NCBI GenBank assembly: GCA_964610305.1 | Contig: CAZSVL010000005.1 | Span: 14,815 to 78,814, forward strand | Origin: an uncultured Gammaproteobacteria bacterium | GTDB taxonomy: Bacteria; Patescibacteriota; Patescibacteriia; Magasanikbacterales; JBBTXJ01 | Reading direction: 5' to 3' | Length of the DNA: 64,000 nt | Part shown: piece by piece, positions 54,970 through 63,518 of the stretch | Position numbering within the stretch: the stretch's first letter is position 1 | Layout of the letters: every line of letters starts with the position of its first letter | Made by a program: the position numbers and the translations under genes | The notes under the pieces: generated by a model | Told to the model about the DNA's origin: nothing | Database searches by the model: none | What the model saw: the letters and a program-made list of their open reading frames with translations, nothing else

Positions 54970-55800
54970 ATGCGTGTAATGACGAAGCTATCTCCACAAG
55001 AAGTGCAAAAATTCAGAAAAATAGTTTGGGATTACTACAAAAAAAGCGGGCGGAGTTTTCCGTGGCGCAAAACGCGTAGTCCATACAGAATATTGGTTTC
55101 TGAAGTCATGCTTCAGCAAACGCAGACCGAGCGCGTCATGAAATTTTATGGGCCTTTTTTAAAGATGTTTCCTAGTTTTAAAGTGCTTGCTAAGTCGCCA
55201 CTGAAAAAAGTGCTCAACGCGTGGCAGGGGCTTGGGTACAACAGAAGAGCACTGTCTCTTCATAAGATGGCAGATCAAGTGGTAACGGAATCTGGCGGCA
55301 GACTCCCAAAAAGCGTGGAGAGTCTTATGCATCTGCCGGGTATTGGCGCCTACACGGCAAATGCCATCCGAGCTTTTGTACATGATTTGCCAGCAGTTTT
55401 CATTGAAACAAACATTCGCTCCGTCTACATTCACCATTTTTTTTCAAAAAAGAAGAAAGTAAGCGACAAAGAAATAGAAAAATTGGTGGAGAAAACACTA
55501 GATAAAAAAAGACCCAGAGAATGGTATTACGCCCTCATGGACTACGGTGTTCATCTAAAAAAAGTGCACGGCAACCCAAACAAGCGTAGCAAGCATTACA
55601 CCAAGCAATCAAAATTTGAGGGATCGGTACGGCAAGTTAGGGGGGCGATAATTAGAATATTGACTGGTAGCATGGGATTAACAAAGGCAGCTTTATTAAA
55701 AACACTTTCCTTTCCACCAGATGTCATAGAAATAGTTTTGGAACAGTTGCAAAAAGAGGGATTTCTTGATAAAAAGGGAAAGCGTTATGTAATAAGATAA
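54970..55800 (+). CDS. HhH-GPD superfamily base-excision DNA glycosylase (endonuclease III/MutY-like, no Fe-S cysteine cluster seen)
   Basis: EVMLQQTQTERV and LPGIGAYTANAIRAFV helix-hairpin-helix motifs. The C-terminal CxxxxxxCxxCxxxxxC motif is absent. Confidence 0.6.
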   Translation: MRVMTKLSPQEVQKFRKIVWDYYKKSGRSFPWRKTRSPYRILVSEVMLQQTQTERVMKFYGPFLKMFPSFKVLAKSPLKKVLNAWQGLGYNRRALSLHKMADQVVTESGGRLPKSVESLMHLPGIGAYTANAIRAFVHDLPAVFIETNIRSVYIHHFFSKKKKVSDKEIEKLVEKTLDKKRPREWYYALMDYGVHLKKVHGNPNKRSKHYTKQSKFEGSVRQVRGAIIRILTGSMGLTKAALLKTLSFPPDVIEIVLEQLQKEGFLDKKGKRYVIR

Positions 55801-55801
55801 A

Positions 55802-56521
55802 ATGGACTCAACACTCACAATAAAAAATCTTACGAAGAAATACGGTGAAAAAGTTGCTCTAGATAACATCTCGCTAGAAATAAAGAAGGGCGAGTTTTTT
55901 GGTTTTTTGGGGCCTAATGGAGCCGGGAAGACTACCACTATAAACTGTATTGTGGGGATTAATACTATTCAGAGCGGCTCAATAAATTTGTTTGGTTTGG
56001 ATGTAGTTAAAGATTATAGAGAGGCGCGCGCAAAAGTGGGCATCTCTCCTCAAGAGTTTAATGTTGATATTTTTGCGGCGCCAGAGAAAATTTTGTATTA
56101 CGTTGGTGGCTACTATGGCATGAGCAAAAAAGAGAGGAATAAGCGCATAGATGAGCTCTGCGAGCAGCTTGGTTTGCAGGAGCACAGAGATAAGCCCTTT
56201 AGAACACTCTCTGGTGGGCTCAAGCGTAGAGTTATGCTGGCACGCGCTCTTATTCATGATCCAGAGCTTTTGATTTTAGATGAGCCAACGGCCGGAGTAG
56301 ACGTTGAGCTGCGGCTTGAGCTGTGGGAGCATCTGCGGCGCATAAACAAGCAAGGAAAAACTATTTTGTTTACCTCTCATTATTTGGAAGAAGTGGAAAA
56401 ACTCTGCAGCAGAATCGCTATTATTAATAAGGGAAAATTGGTTGCGGTAGAGAACACATCAGAGATGACAAAAGACGGCACGCTTGAAAAGCGGTACTTG
56501 GAATTAACCAAAAAAGTATGA
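55802..56521 (+). CDS. ABC transporter ATP-binding protein (ABC-2 type exporter)
   Basis: Walker A GPNGAGKTT, signature LSGGLKRRVMLA, Walker B LLILDEPTAGVD. Confidence 0.85.
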   Translation: MDSTLTIKNLTKKYGEKVALDNISLEIKKGEFFGFLGPNGAGKTTTINCIVGINTIQSGSINLFGLDVVKDYREARAKVGISPQEFNVDIFAAPEKILYYVGGYYGMSKKERNKRIDELCEQLGLQEHRDKPFRTLSGGLKRRVMLARALIHDPELLILDEPTAGVDVELRLELWEHLRRINKQGKTILFTSHYLEEVEKLCSRIAIINKGKLVAVENTSEMTKDGTLEKRYLELTKKV

Positions 56522-57279
56522 ACTGGGCTGGAATGCTAACACTTTTGGATAAGGAATTTCAAAGGACGCGGCGCGTTTTTGTGCAGACACTTATTACGCC
56601 GTGGATATCCGCACTTTTGTACATATTCATCTTTGGCTACATTGTGGGTCAGCGGATAGATCTTATCTCTGGCATGCGCTACATAGATTTTGTTCTGCCC
56701 GGCATTGTGATGATGAATATTATTCAAAGCTCTTTTGGACAGGCTGGTTTCTCCCTTTATTTTCAGCGGTTTGCTCGGCATATAGAAGAGATGCTGGTGG
56801 CGCCGTTTTCATATTTGGAGATGGTTATTGGTTTTGTGCTAGGCGGCATAGCCCGTGGAATGCTGGTGGGAATAGGTGTGTATGTAATTTCAATATTTTT
56901 CTCTGCTGCAAACATGGCCCACGTTGGACTGTTTCTTCTCTATGGGGTGGCGGTCTCAATAATATTTAGCTTTTTGGGGCTTATTGTTGGTTTGTGGGCC
57001 GAGCAATTTGAGCATCTTTCTATTCTATCCACTTTTGTAATTACACCTCTCATATATGTTGGTGGCGTCTTTAACTCAATTGACATGCTGCCGCCGGCGC
57101 TTCAGACGCTTGTGCGCTTTAATCCTTTCTTTTACTTTGTAGATGGGCTGCGCTACTCAATGCTCGGAATCTCAGAGGCTAACACGGCACTTGGGTGGGT
57201 TGTCATTGTATCGCTAATAATTGTTTTAGGTTCTATCGTATGGTATCTTTTCTACAAAGGTTGGAAATTAAGAAATTAA
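56518..57279 (+). CDS. ABC-2 family transporter permease
   Basis: Six TM segments. 4-nt overlap with the ATPase gene. Confidence 0.7.
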   Translation: MNWAGMLTLLDKEFQRTRRVFVQTLITPWISALLYIFIFGYIVGQRIDLISGMRYIDFVLPGIVMMNIIQSSFGQAGFSLYFQRFARHIEEMLVAPFSYLEMVIGFVLGGIARGMLVGIGVYVISIFFSAANMAHVGLFLLYGVAVSIIFSFLGLIVGLWAEQFEHLSILSTFVITPLIYVGGVFNSIDMLPPALQTLVRFNPFFYFVDGLRYSMLGISEANTALGWVVIVSLIIVLGSIVWYLFYKGWKLRN

Positions 57280-57280
57280 T

Positions 57281-58237
57281 ATGATGCAAGACGCAATCAA
57301 GAATTTTTCAAAACAATTTGAGTGGGAACCAAAGATGGAAAACGGTTCCGTAGAGGATCATGACCGGTTTATTGTCTGTGGGATGGGTGGATCTGCACTA
57401 GCGGCGGATATTCTCTCTGCGGTGGATCCAATGCTGGATATAATTGTTCATAGAGATTACGCACTTCCTTCTCCTCATGATATAAACAAGAGGCTTATTA
57501 TTTTTAGCTCTTATTCTGGGAACACGGCAGAGGTTTTGGACGCGTTTGATTTAGCTCTTGAACATAAAGAAGATCTTGCAATGGCGGTACTTACCACGGG
57601 CGGAGAGTTGCTCAAAAAGGCGCAAGACAACAATGTGTCTTACATTCAAATGTCAGACACCGGTATTCAGCCGCGTTCTGCCCTTGGATTTAATTTGCGC
57701 GGGCTACTTGCCTTTGTAAACAGGCCATCACTCATAAAAATGGTAGAAGAGTTGTCAGAGGAGTTGGGAGATTATAAGAAAGAAGGAGTTGAATTGGCTG
57801 GGCAGCTGCAGGACAAGATTCCTGTTATTTATTCATCAAGCACCAACAGAGCCATTGCCTACAATTGGAAAATTAAACTTAATGAAACCGGAAAAGTCCC
57901 CGCATTTTACAATGTTGTTCCAGAGCTTAATCATAATGAAATGACCGGGTTTGATGTGAGTGAAAAAGCAGGTGGCTTGCTTAAGAACTTAGCGTTTGTT
58001 TTTCTTACTGATGAAGATGACGATAAGCGGAACCAAAAGAGGTTTGAAGTGCTGCAGAAACTCTACAGAGAGCGAGGCATGACCGTAATAAAAAAACCCC
58101 TAGGGGGAGAAGGGTTTGCAAAAGTATTTAACTCGCTTTTACTCGCCGATTGGACAGCGGTCACGCTAGCCGAATACTACGGGCACGAATCAGAGCAGGT
58201 GCCAATGGTGGAGGAGTTTAAAAAACTTATAGCCTAG
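57281..58237 (+). CDS. bifunctional phosphoglucose/phosphomannose isomerase (SIS domain, archaeal-type PGI/PMI)
   Basis: FIVCGMGGSALAADIL SIS motif; size and layout of the PGI/PMI family. Confidence 0.55.
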   Translation: MMQDAIKNFSKQFEWEPKMENGSVEDHDRFIVCGMGGSALAADILSAVDPMLDIIVHRDYALPSPHDINKRLIIFSSYSGNTAEVLDAFDLALEHKEDLAMAVLTTGGELLKKAQDNNVSYIQMSDTGIQPRSALGFNLRGLLAFVNRPSLIKMVEELSEELGDYKKEGVELAGQLQDKIPVIYSSSTNRAIAYNWKIKLNETGKVPAFYNVVPELNHNEMTGFDVSEKAGGLLKNLAFVFLTDEDDDKRNQKRFEVLQKLYRERGMTVIKKPLGGEGFAKVFNSLLLADWTAVTLAEYYGHESEQVPMVEEFKKLIA

Positions 58238-59384
58238 CAACTTCCGCGGCGTCAGCCGCGGTTTTTGTAAGCTGCTCCACGTCAAGAGCTTGCTCTGCTA
58301 TATGAATTTCACTGAGTTTTGCCTTGGTTTCTACCTGCCGTGGCGCAAAAAGAGTGCAGCAGTCATCATGCGGCTGCTGAGAAATCTCCAATGTCCCAAT
58401 GCTCTGGGCTTTTTTTATTATATCCTTTTTATCAAATCCAATGAGCGGGCGCAGTACTGGCATGCTCAGAACTTCAGAAGTGGCGGTCATATTTTCTATG
58501 GTCTGTGATGCCACTTGGCCCAGCGCCTCTCCGGTGATAATAGCTTTTGCTTTCTCTTTTTGTGCGATGCGCTGCGCAATACGCATCATAAAACGACGAT
58601 AGAAAATAATGCGGAATTTTTCTGGTACACTCATCATTATTTTTCTTTGAACATCAGCAAAAGCCACTTCATAAAGCTTCATGTTTGGTTGAAATTTTTT
58701 GAGCACCTCGGTGAGCTCGCGGACTTTTTCAATGCTGAATTCAGAGGTAAACGGGGCAGAGTGAAAATGCACGGGAATAATCTGAGCGCCGCGCTTCATA
58801 ATCTGCCACGCAGCCACAGGAGAGTCTATGCCGCCACTGAGCATCACCACCATTTTTCCTGATACCCCAACAGGCAGACCGCCCGGACCCTGAATTTTTT
58901 TTGTGTAGATAAATGCGGAGCCGTTTGCAATTTCAATAAAACAAGTGTTATCTGGCTTTTCTAGTTTTACGGCTAGGCTGTGTTTTTTATTTATTGCAGC
59001 ACCAACACGAACGTTAATTTCCTGAGAGGAAAGCGGAAAATTCTTATCAGATCTCTGCGTGGTCACTCTAAAGTTTCCAGCTTTGTCACTCATCTGCTCA
59101 AGCGCCTGCTTTTCAATAGCTTCTATATCAAAAGAGACTTTGCTAGCAAAGGCAAAATTGGCGATCCCAAACACATGGCGCAGAGCCTGCGTTACTTTTT
59201 CCACATTAGCTTCTGGTTTAAGCACTAAAAGAAGACGTCCATATAGACGCTTAACATCAACAAGAGATCCCGCAGCTTGATCCTTTAGAACACTCTTTAC
59301 ATTAGAAATCAGCTGCTTTTCAAAGACAATTCTATTCTTGCCCTTCAGACCAATTTCATCGTAGTGCACAATAGCATTTTGCAT
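58227..59384 (-). CDS. thiI: tRNA 4-thiouridine(8) synthase
   Basis: THUMP-like N-terminus and PP-loop VVMLSGGIDSPVAAW (SGGxDS). Confidence 0.8.
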   Translation of the reverse strand: MQNAIVHYDEIGLKGKNRIVFEKQLISNVKSVLKDQAAGSLVDVKRLYGRLLLVLKPEANVEKVTQALRHVFGIANFAFASKVSFDIEAIEKQALEQMSDKAGNFRVTTQRSDKNFPLSSQEINVRVGAAINKKHSLAVKLEKPDNTCFIEIANGSAFIYTKKIQGPGGLPVGVSGKMVVMLSGGIDSPVAAWQIMKRGAQIIPVHFHSAPFTSEFSIEKVRELTEVLKKFQPNMKLYEVAFADVQRKIMMSVPEKFRIIFYRRFMMRIAQRIAQKEKAKAIITGEALGQVASQTIENMTATSEVLSMPVLRPLIGFDKKDIIKKAQSIGTLEISQQPHDDCCTLFAPRQVETKAKLSEIHIAEQALDVEQLTKTAADAAEVARL

Positions 59385-59434
59385 AGCCGCAGTATTACAT
59401 ATTTTTCGCTAAATATCAAGCTATTTGACGTGTG

Positions 59435-59463
59435 TTGACAAATAGGAGATTATATGTTATAGT
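59435..59463 (+). promoter_or_regulatory. promoter TTGACA-17-TATAGT
   Basis: 59435-59440 and 59458-59463, 10 nt upstream of the ATG at 59473. Confidence 0.45.
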
Positions 59464-59472
59464 GGTTCGTTT

Positions 59473-61326
59473 ATGAAATACGTTAAATCTAACACAGAGG
59501 CTCTCCAGGAGAGGCACAAAAAAGTGTACGAGGATTTTTTTGCCCAGCAAGAGGTGGTGATATCTTCAGGCTTTTGTTATTCTATGGCTTCTGGTCTTTC
59601 TTGGCGTGTTGGTGCACCTGCGATTCACCACAAGCTTCCTTTTAAATGCTACGTTGGAATAAGTAGGGGCGAGGCGAAAGGTAAGATTACCGCAGGTAAG
59701 GTGCAGTATTTTTCTGCTCGGTTGAATCAATTTAGAGAGCCGGATTTTGATCCTGTAAGATGGGATGTTGGGATTCCAAGAGTGGAAAAACTTTTAAATA
59801 ATAAATTAGGAAAAGATTTTGACGGCTGTACGGTTTCTGTTTTGATGGAGAGATCAGAGGATAGAGGAATTGACACAGCACTTTCACAGACCATTATTGC
59901 TGCCATATATTTAAGGTATAAGTTGGCTACCGTAACTGAGATAAATAATTTTGCTCGGCTTTCTCACAAAGAGGTGGCGCAGAAGCAAACGCCAATTTCT
60001 AAGTTGTACAGGGAAATTCACACTGAAGGGCTGAAGATTTCTTCTGTTATCCAAATGGGTTCCGCAGCCGGTTCCTCTGGTTTTTCAAATCTTATGTATT
60101 CTGAATTTCCCACCGTACATGTAACTGAAGAGAGAGCCGGAAGTGTGAGGAAACCATATGGGGACCAATCCTACGAGCCTATTAATGTTCTTGACGATGT
60201 GCAGAGAGTAGAAAAAATGAAATGGTGGGGTTATAGGCTTAATGAGCTTTCAGATGTGCAGGGAGAGTTTCCCCTTGAGGTTGTGAGCATCTTTCCGGGA
60301 TCAGCGCGTATTTTATATTCTGCCTCTGCCTACACCTCTAGCGTGCTTTTACCTAGCTTTGATACGTTACGCGACGACATAAAAGAGATGTTTTCTGATA
60401 TAGATACCAATGATAACAAACGCATCCCTCCATTTTTAAAGTATGTAACTCAAGATGGTAAGTATTGGCAAGATTATGCAAGAGGACAAGTTTATTCTCG
60501 TCTGTATCTTTTGCGTGCTCTAGTAAATTTATACAAAAATAAGCTATCTTCAGCTACAACCGAGGATTTTTTGGAAGCCATAAAGTCAATGTTTGGGCTG
60601 AATGCGCCATTTGAAGAGACGCCGTCACGTAATATTCAAACCATTGTTCGAGCTCTTAGGCGTAAGGCAAATCAAAAAGGTATTCCTATTGCTGTTAGAT
60701 CTCACTTTTGGGGAAAGCAGGATGGAAACATTTTAGTATATTTTCCTCCGAAAAAATTTAGAGACGCAATAAATGAGGTGGTAGAAGACATGAAACAAGA
60801 AGTAGATTCTTCTATCCATATAGATTTTAGCTCTTGGCTTGATGGGTGGGGCACAGACGGTATCCGTGTAGAGCAATCCATATCAGACGGAGTATTTTCT
60901 GATTTTACCAACCAAAATGCAAAGCGCGTGATTCAATATGGGCCTAAGGGGATAAAGACAGATATTGTAGAGCGCGTCTCTCGCAGCAAATACGACATTC
61001 TTCTGAGTAAAATTGACGACAAGATATTTGTAGGTGGGCAGGAGTGTACCTCTAAGGATTTACCATCTCAAAAGGCAACCATAGAGATACTATCTGTTTT
61101 AATTGAAAAAGCGGGGATTGCTGTTTCAAATGCTGATTTGCCTAAAAATACTTACACATCATACAGAAATGAGCTTCAGGGCAAGATAATTACGCCCCTA
61201 TGTAAGCTGGTAGAGGATAGATTAGAAAAGAATTTGGCGCTTAAAATAGAGGGTAAATTAATGAATTTTGACGTAACTCTGGATTTGGGCAACCTTAAAA
61301 TTGGTGTTTTAGATAAGATTTCCTAA
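59473..61326 (+). CDS. large hypothetical protein (617 aa) with a possible GHMP-kinase-like glycine-rich motif
   Basis: MGSAAGSSGFS resembles the GHMP kinase PxGSGLGSSAA loop. Otherwise no recognised domains. Confidence 0.4.
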   Translation: MKYVKSNTEALQERHKKVYEDFFAQQEVVISSGFCYSMASGLSWRVGAPAIHHKLPFKCYVGISRGEAKGKITAGKVQYFSARLNQFREPDFDPVRWDVGIPRVEKLLNNKLGKDFDGCTVSVLMERSEDRGIDTALSQTIIAAIYLRYKLATVTEINNFARLSHKEVAQKQTPISKLYREIHTEGLKISSVIQMGSAAGSSGFSNLMYSEFPTVHVTEERAGSVRKPYGDQSYEPINVLDDVQRVEKMKWWGYRLNELSDVQGEFPLEVVSIFPGSARILYSASAYTSSVLLPSFDTLRDDIKEMFSDIDTNDNKRIPPFLKYVTQDGKYWQDYARGQVYSRLYLLRALVNLYKNKLSSATTEDFLEAIKSMFGLNAPFEETPSRNIQTIVRALRRKANQKGIPIAVRSHFWGKQDGNILVYFPPKKFRDAINEVVEDMKQEVDSSIHIDFSSWLDGWGTDGIRVEQSISDGVFSDFTNQNAKRVIQYGPKGIKTDIVERVSRSKYDILLSKIDDKIFVGGQECTSKDLPSQKATIEILSVLIEKAGIAVSNADLPKNTYTSYRNELQGKIITPLCKLVEDRLEKNLALKIEGKLMNFDVTLDLGNLKIGVLDKIS

Positions 61327-61346
61327 AAAGCAGACATAGACGAGGA

Positions 61347-61382
61347 TAAAATAATGGCTCAACAAAGCCATTATTTTGTTTC
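61347..61382 (+). terminator. intrinsic terminator AAAATAATGGCT-CAACAA-AGCCATTATTTT plus GTTTC
   Basis: 12-bp perfect stem, read directly. Confidence 0.5.
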
Positions 61383-61476
61383 TCAGATTTTTCAGTATTT
61401 TTCATTCTCAGATCCGTTAAGATAGTAACAAAGATCTGACGCGGTGTTGGATCAGGTTCCTTCAAGGAGTTCAGTT

Positions 61477-61584
61477 ATGTCGTGTGGTCTCGGTGGTCCC
61501 AACAGCAATCCGTTTGCCCCCAACCCCTACATCACGCCTCCCGCTATCCTGCCTGAGGATGCGCGGCGGATCCTGGGGCAGTAA
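61477..61584 (+). CDS. small ORF, 35 aa, MSCGLGGPNSNPFAPNPYITPPAILPEDARRILGQ
   Basis: AAGGAG SD 7 nt upstream of the ATG. Cys/Gly/Pro-rich. Below the 60-aa cutoff of the ORF track. Confidence 0.35.
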   Translation: MSCGLGGPNSNPFAPNPYITPPAILPEDARRILGQ

Positions 61585-61633
61585 GGGGCAGAGCGGAAAG
61601 GCTTATTGAGTGAGGGCGCAGAGTTCACTCTAG

Positions 61634-61698
61634 GGGATAGGCGTGCGTATCTATCCCCCTTTATACCAAAGCGGAAGTGGTCCGATTTGGTTAGAGGG
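61634..61698 (+). repeat. bipartite hairpin element copy 1 (hairpin A GGGGATAG/CTATCCCC, then CCCUUUAUACC...GGUUAGAGGG long hairpin)
   Basis: Shared with copies 2 and 3. The base of the second hairpin is conserved and the apical parts differ with compensating pairs. Confidence 0.6.
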
Positions 61699-61717
61699 TG
61701 CAAAACAGGAGAGAAAA

Positions 61718-61879
61718 ATGGCACTGGGAATTTTCTGCGCACTTGCTGCTGCCGCGGCCGGTGCGGCTGCAGCAGCTGCTGTAGATGAGGTAACCAGCGG
61801 GTGCGGATGTGGTCATGGGCGCTATGGCCCCACGTACTGTAGTGAACATGCGCCGCCTGATGATTATCCAACTGATTAA
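61718..61879 (+). CDS. small ORF, 53 aa, MALGIFCALAAAAAGAAAAAAVDEVTSGCGCGHGRYGPTYCSEHAPPDDYPTD
   Basis: AGGAGAG SD 6 nt upstream. Ala-rich hydrophobic N-terminus, then a Cys/Gly-rich acidic C-terminus. The track ORF 61643..61879 starts inside the hairpin element. Confidence 0.4.
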   Translation: MALGIFCALAAAAAGAAAAAAVDEVTSGCGCGHGRYGPTYCSEHAPPDDYPTD

Positions 61880-61916
61880 CATGAGGCAAGTATTTACCCC
61901 AAAAGAGGAGGGTGTT

Positions 61917-62027
61917 ATGGATTGTGGTGGATGCATTCCGGGGCCGTATACCGGCTCGTCTGATCATTTGTTGAATGATGATTTGTGCACAAATGAGCTT
62001 ATGGTGGGTACCAGTGTATTATCCTGA
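61917..62027 (+). CDS. small ORF, 36 aa, MDCGGCIPGPYTGSSDHLLNDDLCTNELMVGTSVLS
   Basis: AAGAGGAGGG SD 4 nt upstream. CGGC...P motif similar to the 61477 peptide. Confidence 0.4.
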   Translation: MDCGGCIPGPYTGSSDHLLNDDLCTNELMVGTSVLS

Positions 62028-62131
62028 GCCTACTAGTAATTGCCATTTCTGTGGGACATCTCATGACTCTAGGAGTACGTGTCCCACGATTCCGCGCTGC
62101 TTGGGAGTGATGAGTGGTTGGGAGAATCCTA

Positions 62132-62230
62132 ATGTGTGATCCGATTACCTTGTTGGTTCTCGCTGGCGCTGCAGCGATCGCGACGTCCGCCGCACTTTCG
62201 TCATCGGATGATGATGACTGTCACAATTGA
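62132..62230 (+). CDS. small ORF, 32 aa, MCDPITLLVLAGAAAIATSAALSSSDDDDCHN
   Basis: GGGAGAA SD upstream. Ala-rich hydrophobic stretch then SSDDDDCHN. Preceded by GTGGGACA...TGTCCCAC hairpin. Confidence 0.35.
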   Translation: MCDPITLLVLAGAAAIATSAALSSSDDDDCHN

Positions 62231-62236
62231 GTAGCT

Positions 62237-62296
62237 GGAGGACAATGTGTCCTCCCCTTTATACCTCATCAGAGCGGTTCTGATGAGGTTAGAGGG
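62237..62296 (+). repeat. bipartite hairpin element copy 2 (GGAGGACA-AUG-UGUCCUCC, then CCCUUUAUACCUCAUCAGA-gcggu-UCUGAUGAGGUUAGAGGG)
   Basis: Starts 6 nt after the stop of the 62132 ORF. Confidence 0.6.
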
Positions 62297-62314
62297 CAGC
62301 ACAAGGAGTTTGCC

Positions 62315-62422
62315 ATGCGTTCAGACATTGATGTGATCTTGGACAACACTTCCCCTACGCGGATTCACCGCGACAACATGGGTCAGATTGTGCGGATTGG
62401 TCCACCGATCCTGCGACCTTAG
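62315..62422 (+). CDS. small ORF, 35 aa, MRSDIDVILDNTSPTRIHRDNMGQIVRIGPPILRP
   Basis: AAGGAG SD 7 nt upstream. Confidence 0.35.
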   Translation: MRSDIDVILDNTSPTRIHRDNMGQIVRIGPPILRP

Positions 62423-62437
62423 CCGTAGTTCATACTT

Positions 62438-62499
62438 GGAGGATACGCTTGTATCCTCCCCTTTATACCGCACCAGAGATTTCTGGTTCGGTTAGAGGA
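62438..62499 (+). repeat. bipartite hairpin element copy 3 (GGAGGAUAC-gcuu-GUAUCCUCC, then CCCUUUAUACCGCACCAGA-gauu-UCUGGUUCGGUUAGAGGA)
   Basis: Starts 16 nt after the stop of the 62315 ORF. Followed by further hairpins and a T7 run at 62565-62571. Confidence 0.6.
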
Positions 62500-62632
62500 T
62501 AACGCAATTAAGATACGCGAAGCTACGCAATTGCATATGGCGCGCGTGCAAGGAATTGCATACGTTTTTTTCGCTAGCATGCAGGGTAACCGTATTGCCG
62601 GCTCCAGACAGGTTTTTGGTAAAATTTAGCAA

Positions 62633-62654
62633 CAGCCGCCTTTGGCGGTTTTTG
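62633..62654 (+). terminator. short hairpin GCCGCC-UUUG-GCGG plus U5
   Basis: Read directly. Weak. Confidence 0.3.
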
Positions 62655-62658
62655 CACT

Positions 62659-62832
62659 ATGTACACAAGACTCAAATGCATAAAATGCAATGCAGACGCG
62701 CGTGGCTATGAATGTGCCATGTGCGGCCTTATCATGTATGCGTTTGATGCATTCCATGAGTGTGGTAGTGGTCAAGTACTTCCGCGCTGCGGCGGATGTT
62801 TGACAAATGAGGTGGAATGCGATTGTATATAA
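62659..62832 (+). CDS. small Cys-rich ORF, 57 aa (CxxC x3 plus CxC), zinc-ribbon-like
   Basis: MYTRLKCIKCNADARGYECAMCGLIMYAFDAFHECGSGQVLPRCGGCLTNEVECDCI. No obvious SD. Confidence 0.3.
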   Translation: MYTRLKCIKCNADARGYECAMCGLIMYAFDAFHECGSGQVLPRCGGCLTNEVECDCI

Positions 62833-62855
62833 AAAAGAAAAGAGAGGAGGAAAGG

Positions 62856-63482
62856 ATGAAAAGTGTAATCTTGTTTGACGTGGGTGGAGTGATAGATGGT
62901 GGTGGTGCGGTTTCGGGTAATCAAACTACGCCAGCTCTTTTTTCTGAGAGGTTCGGTGTTGATCCGCAGGCTTTTATTCTAGCTCGTAGGAAAGCATGGC
63001 GTCCTTTAAAACTCGGGAAGATTTCTGTAGTAGATTTTTGGACCTCCATTTTCAACGAGTTGGAAATTCCGGTTGATATCGCCGCAGCAATGGAAGTGTA
63101 TGAGGGTACGATAAGCGCGGTTCCTGGAATGCTGGATCTTGTGTCAGAATTGAATGACGGGGGCTATACTCTGGCGCTAGCCAACAATGAGGGTCGCGAG
63201 TTTGATGATTTGCGTGAAAGTAAGTTCGATTATTTTCGGTTATTCAAACACCGTTTTCCTTCCTGGAAGTTAGGTCTGGGCAAGCCCGACCCTGCTTATT
63301 TCCAGGAAGTGTTGAAACGTGGTAATTGGAGTCCGCAGCAATGCATTTTTGTGGATGATAAAATGATTAACGTGCAAGCCTCAATAAAGGAAGGCATTAC
63401 AGGAATTCATTGTGAAGCAAACGCAAGGATTCTTCGCTCAGCTCTTATCAGCTTGGGTGTTAAACTATTCAATCAGGCTTAA
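62856..63482 (+). CDS. HAD-superfamily hydrolase (subfamily IA-like)
   Basis: Motif I LFDVGGVI, GKPDP, and FVDD. AGAGGAGGAAAGG SD. Track start 62817. Confidence 0.65.
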   Translation: MKSVILFDVGGVIDGGGAVSGNQTTPALFSERFGVDPQAFILARRKAWRPLKLGKISVVDFWTSIFNELEIPVDIAAAMEVYEGTISAVPGMLDLVSELNDGGYTLALANNEGREFDDLRESKFDYFRLFKHRFPSWKLGLGKPDPAYFQEVLKRGNWSPQQCIFVDDKMINVQASIKEGITGIHCEANARILRSALISLGVKLFNQA

Positions 63483-63518
63483 TGCACCCGTCTGAGGAAC
63501 ACTCGCAAGGAGGATGAT

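Noticed and set aside
61527-61967. 146-aa minus-strand Arg-rich ORF and overlapping plus-strand ORFs 61606-61788 and 61643-61879 (upstream parts)
   Set aside because: The minus-strand frame is antisense to the GC-rich small-ORF islet and runs through the conserved hairpin elements. The plus-strand track ORFs start inside the hairpin element. Only the SD-preceded internal ATGs were kept as small ORFs.
62500-62640. 30-aa ORF MARVQGIAYVFFASMQGNRIAGSRQVFGKI after hairpin element copy 3
   Set aside because: It has no SD, contains a hairpin plus T7 terminator-like structure inside it (62545-62571), and its composition is atypical, so it is more likely non-coding.
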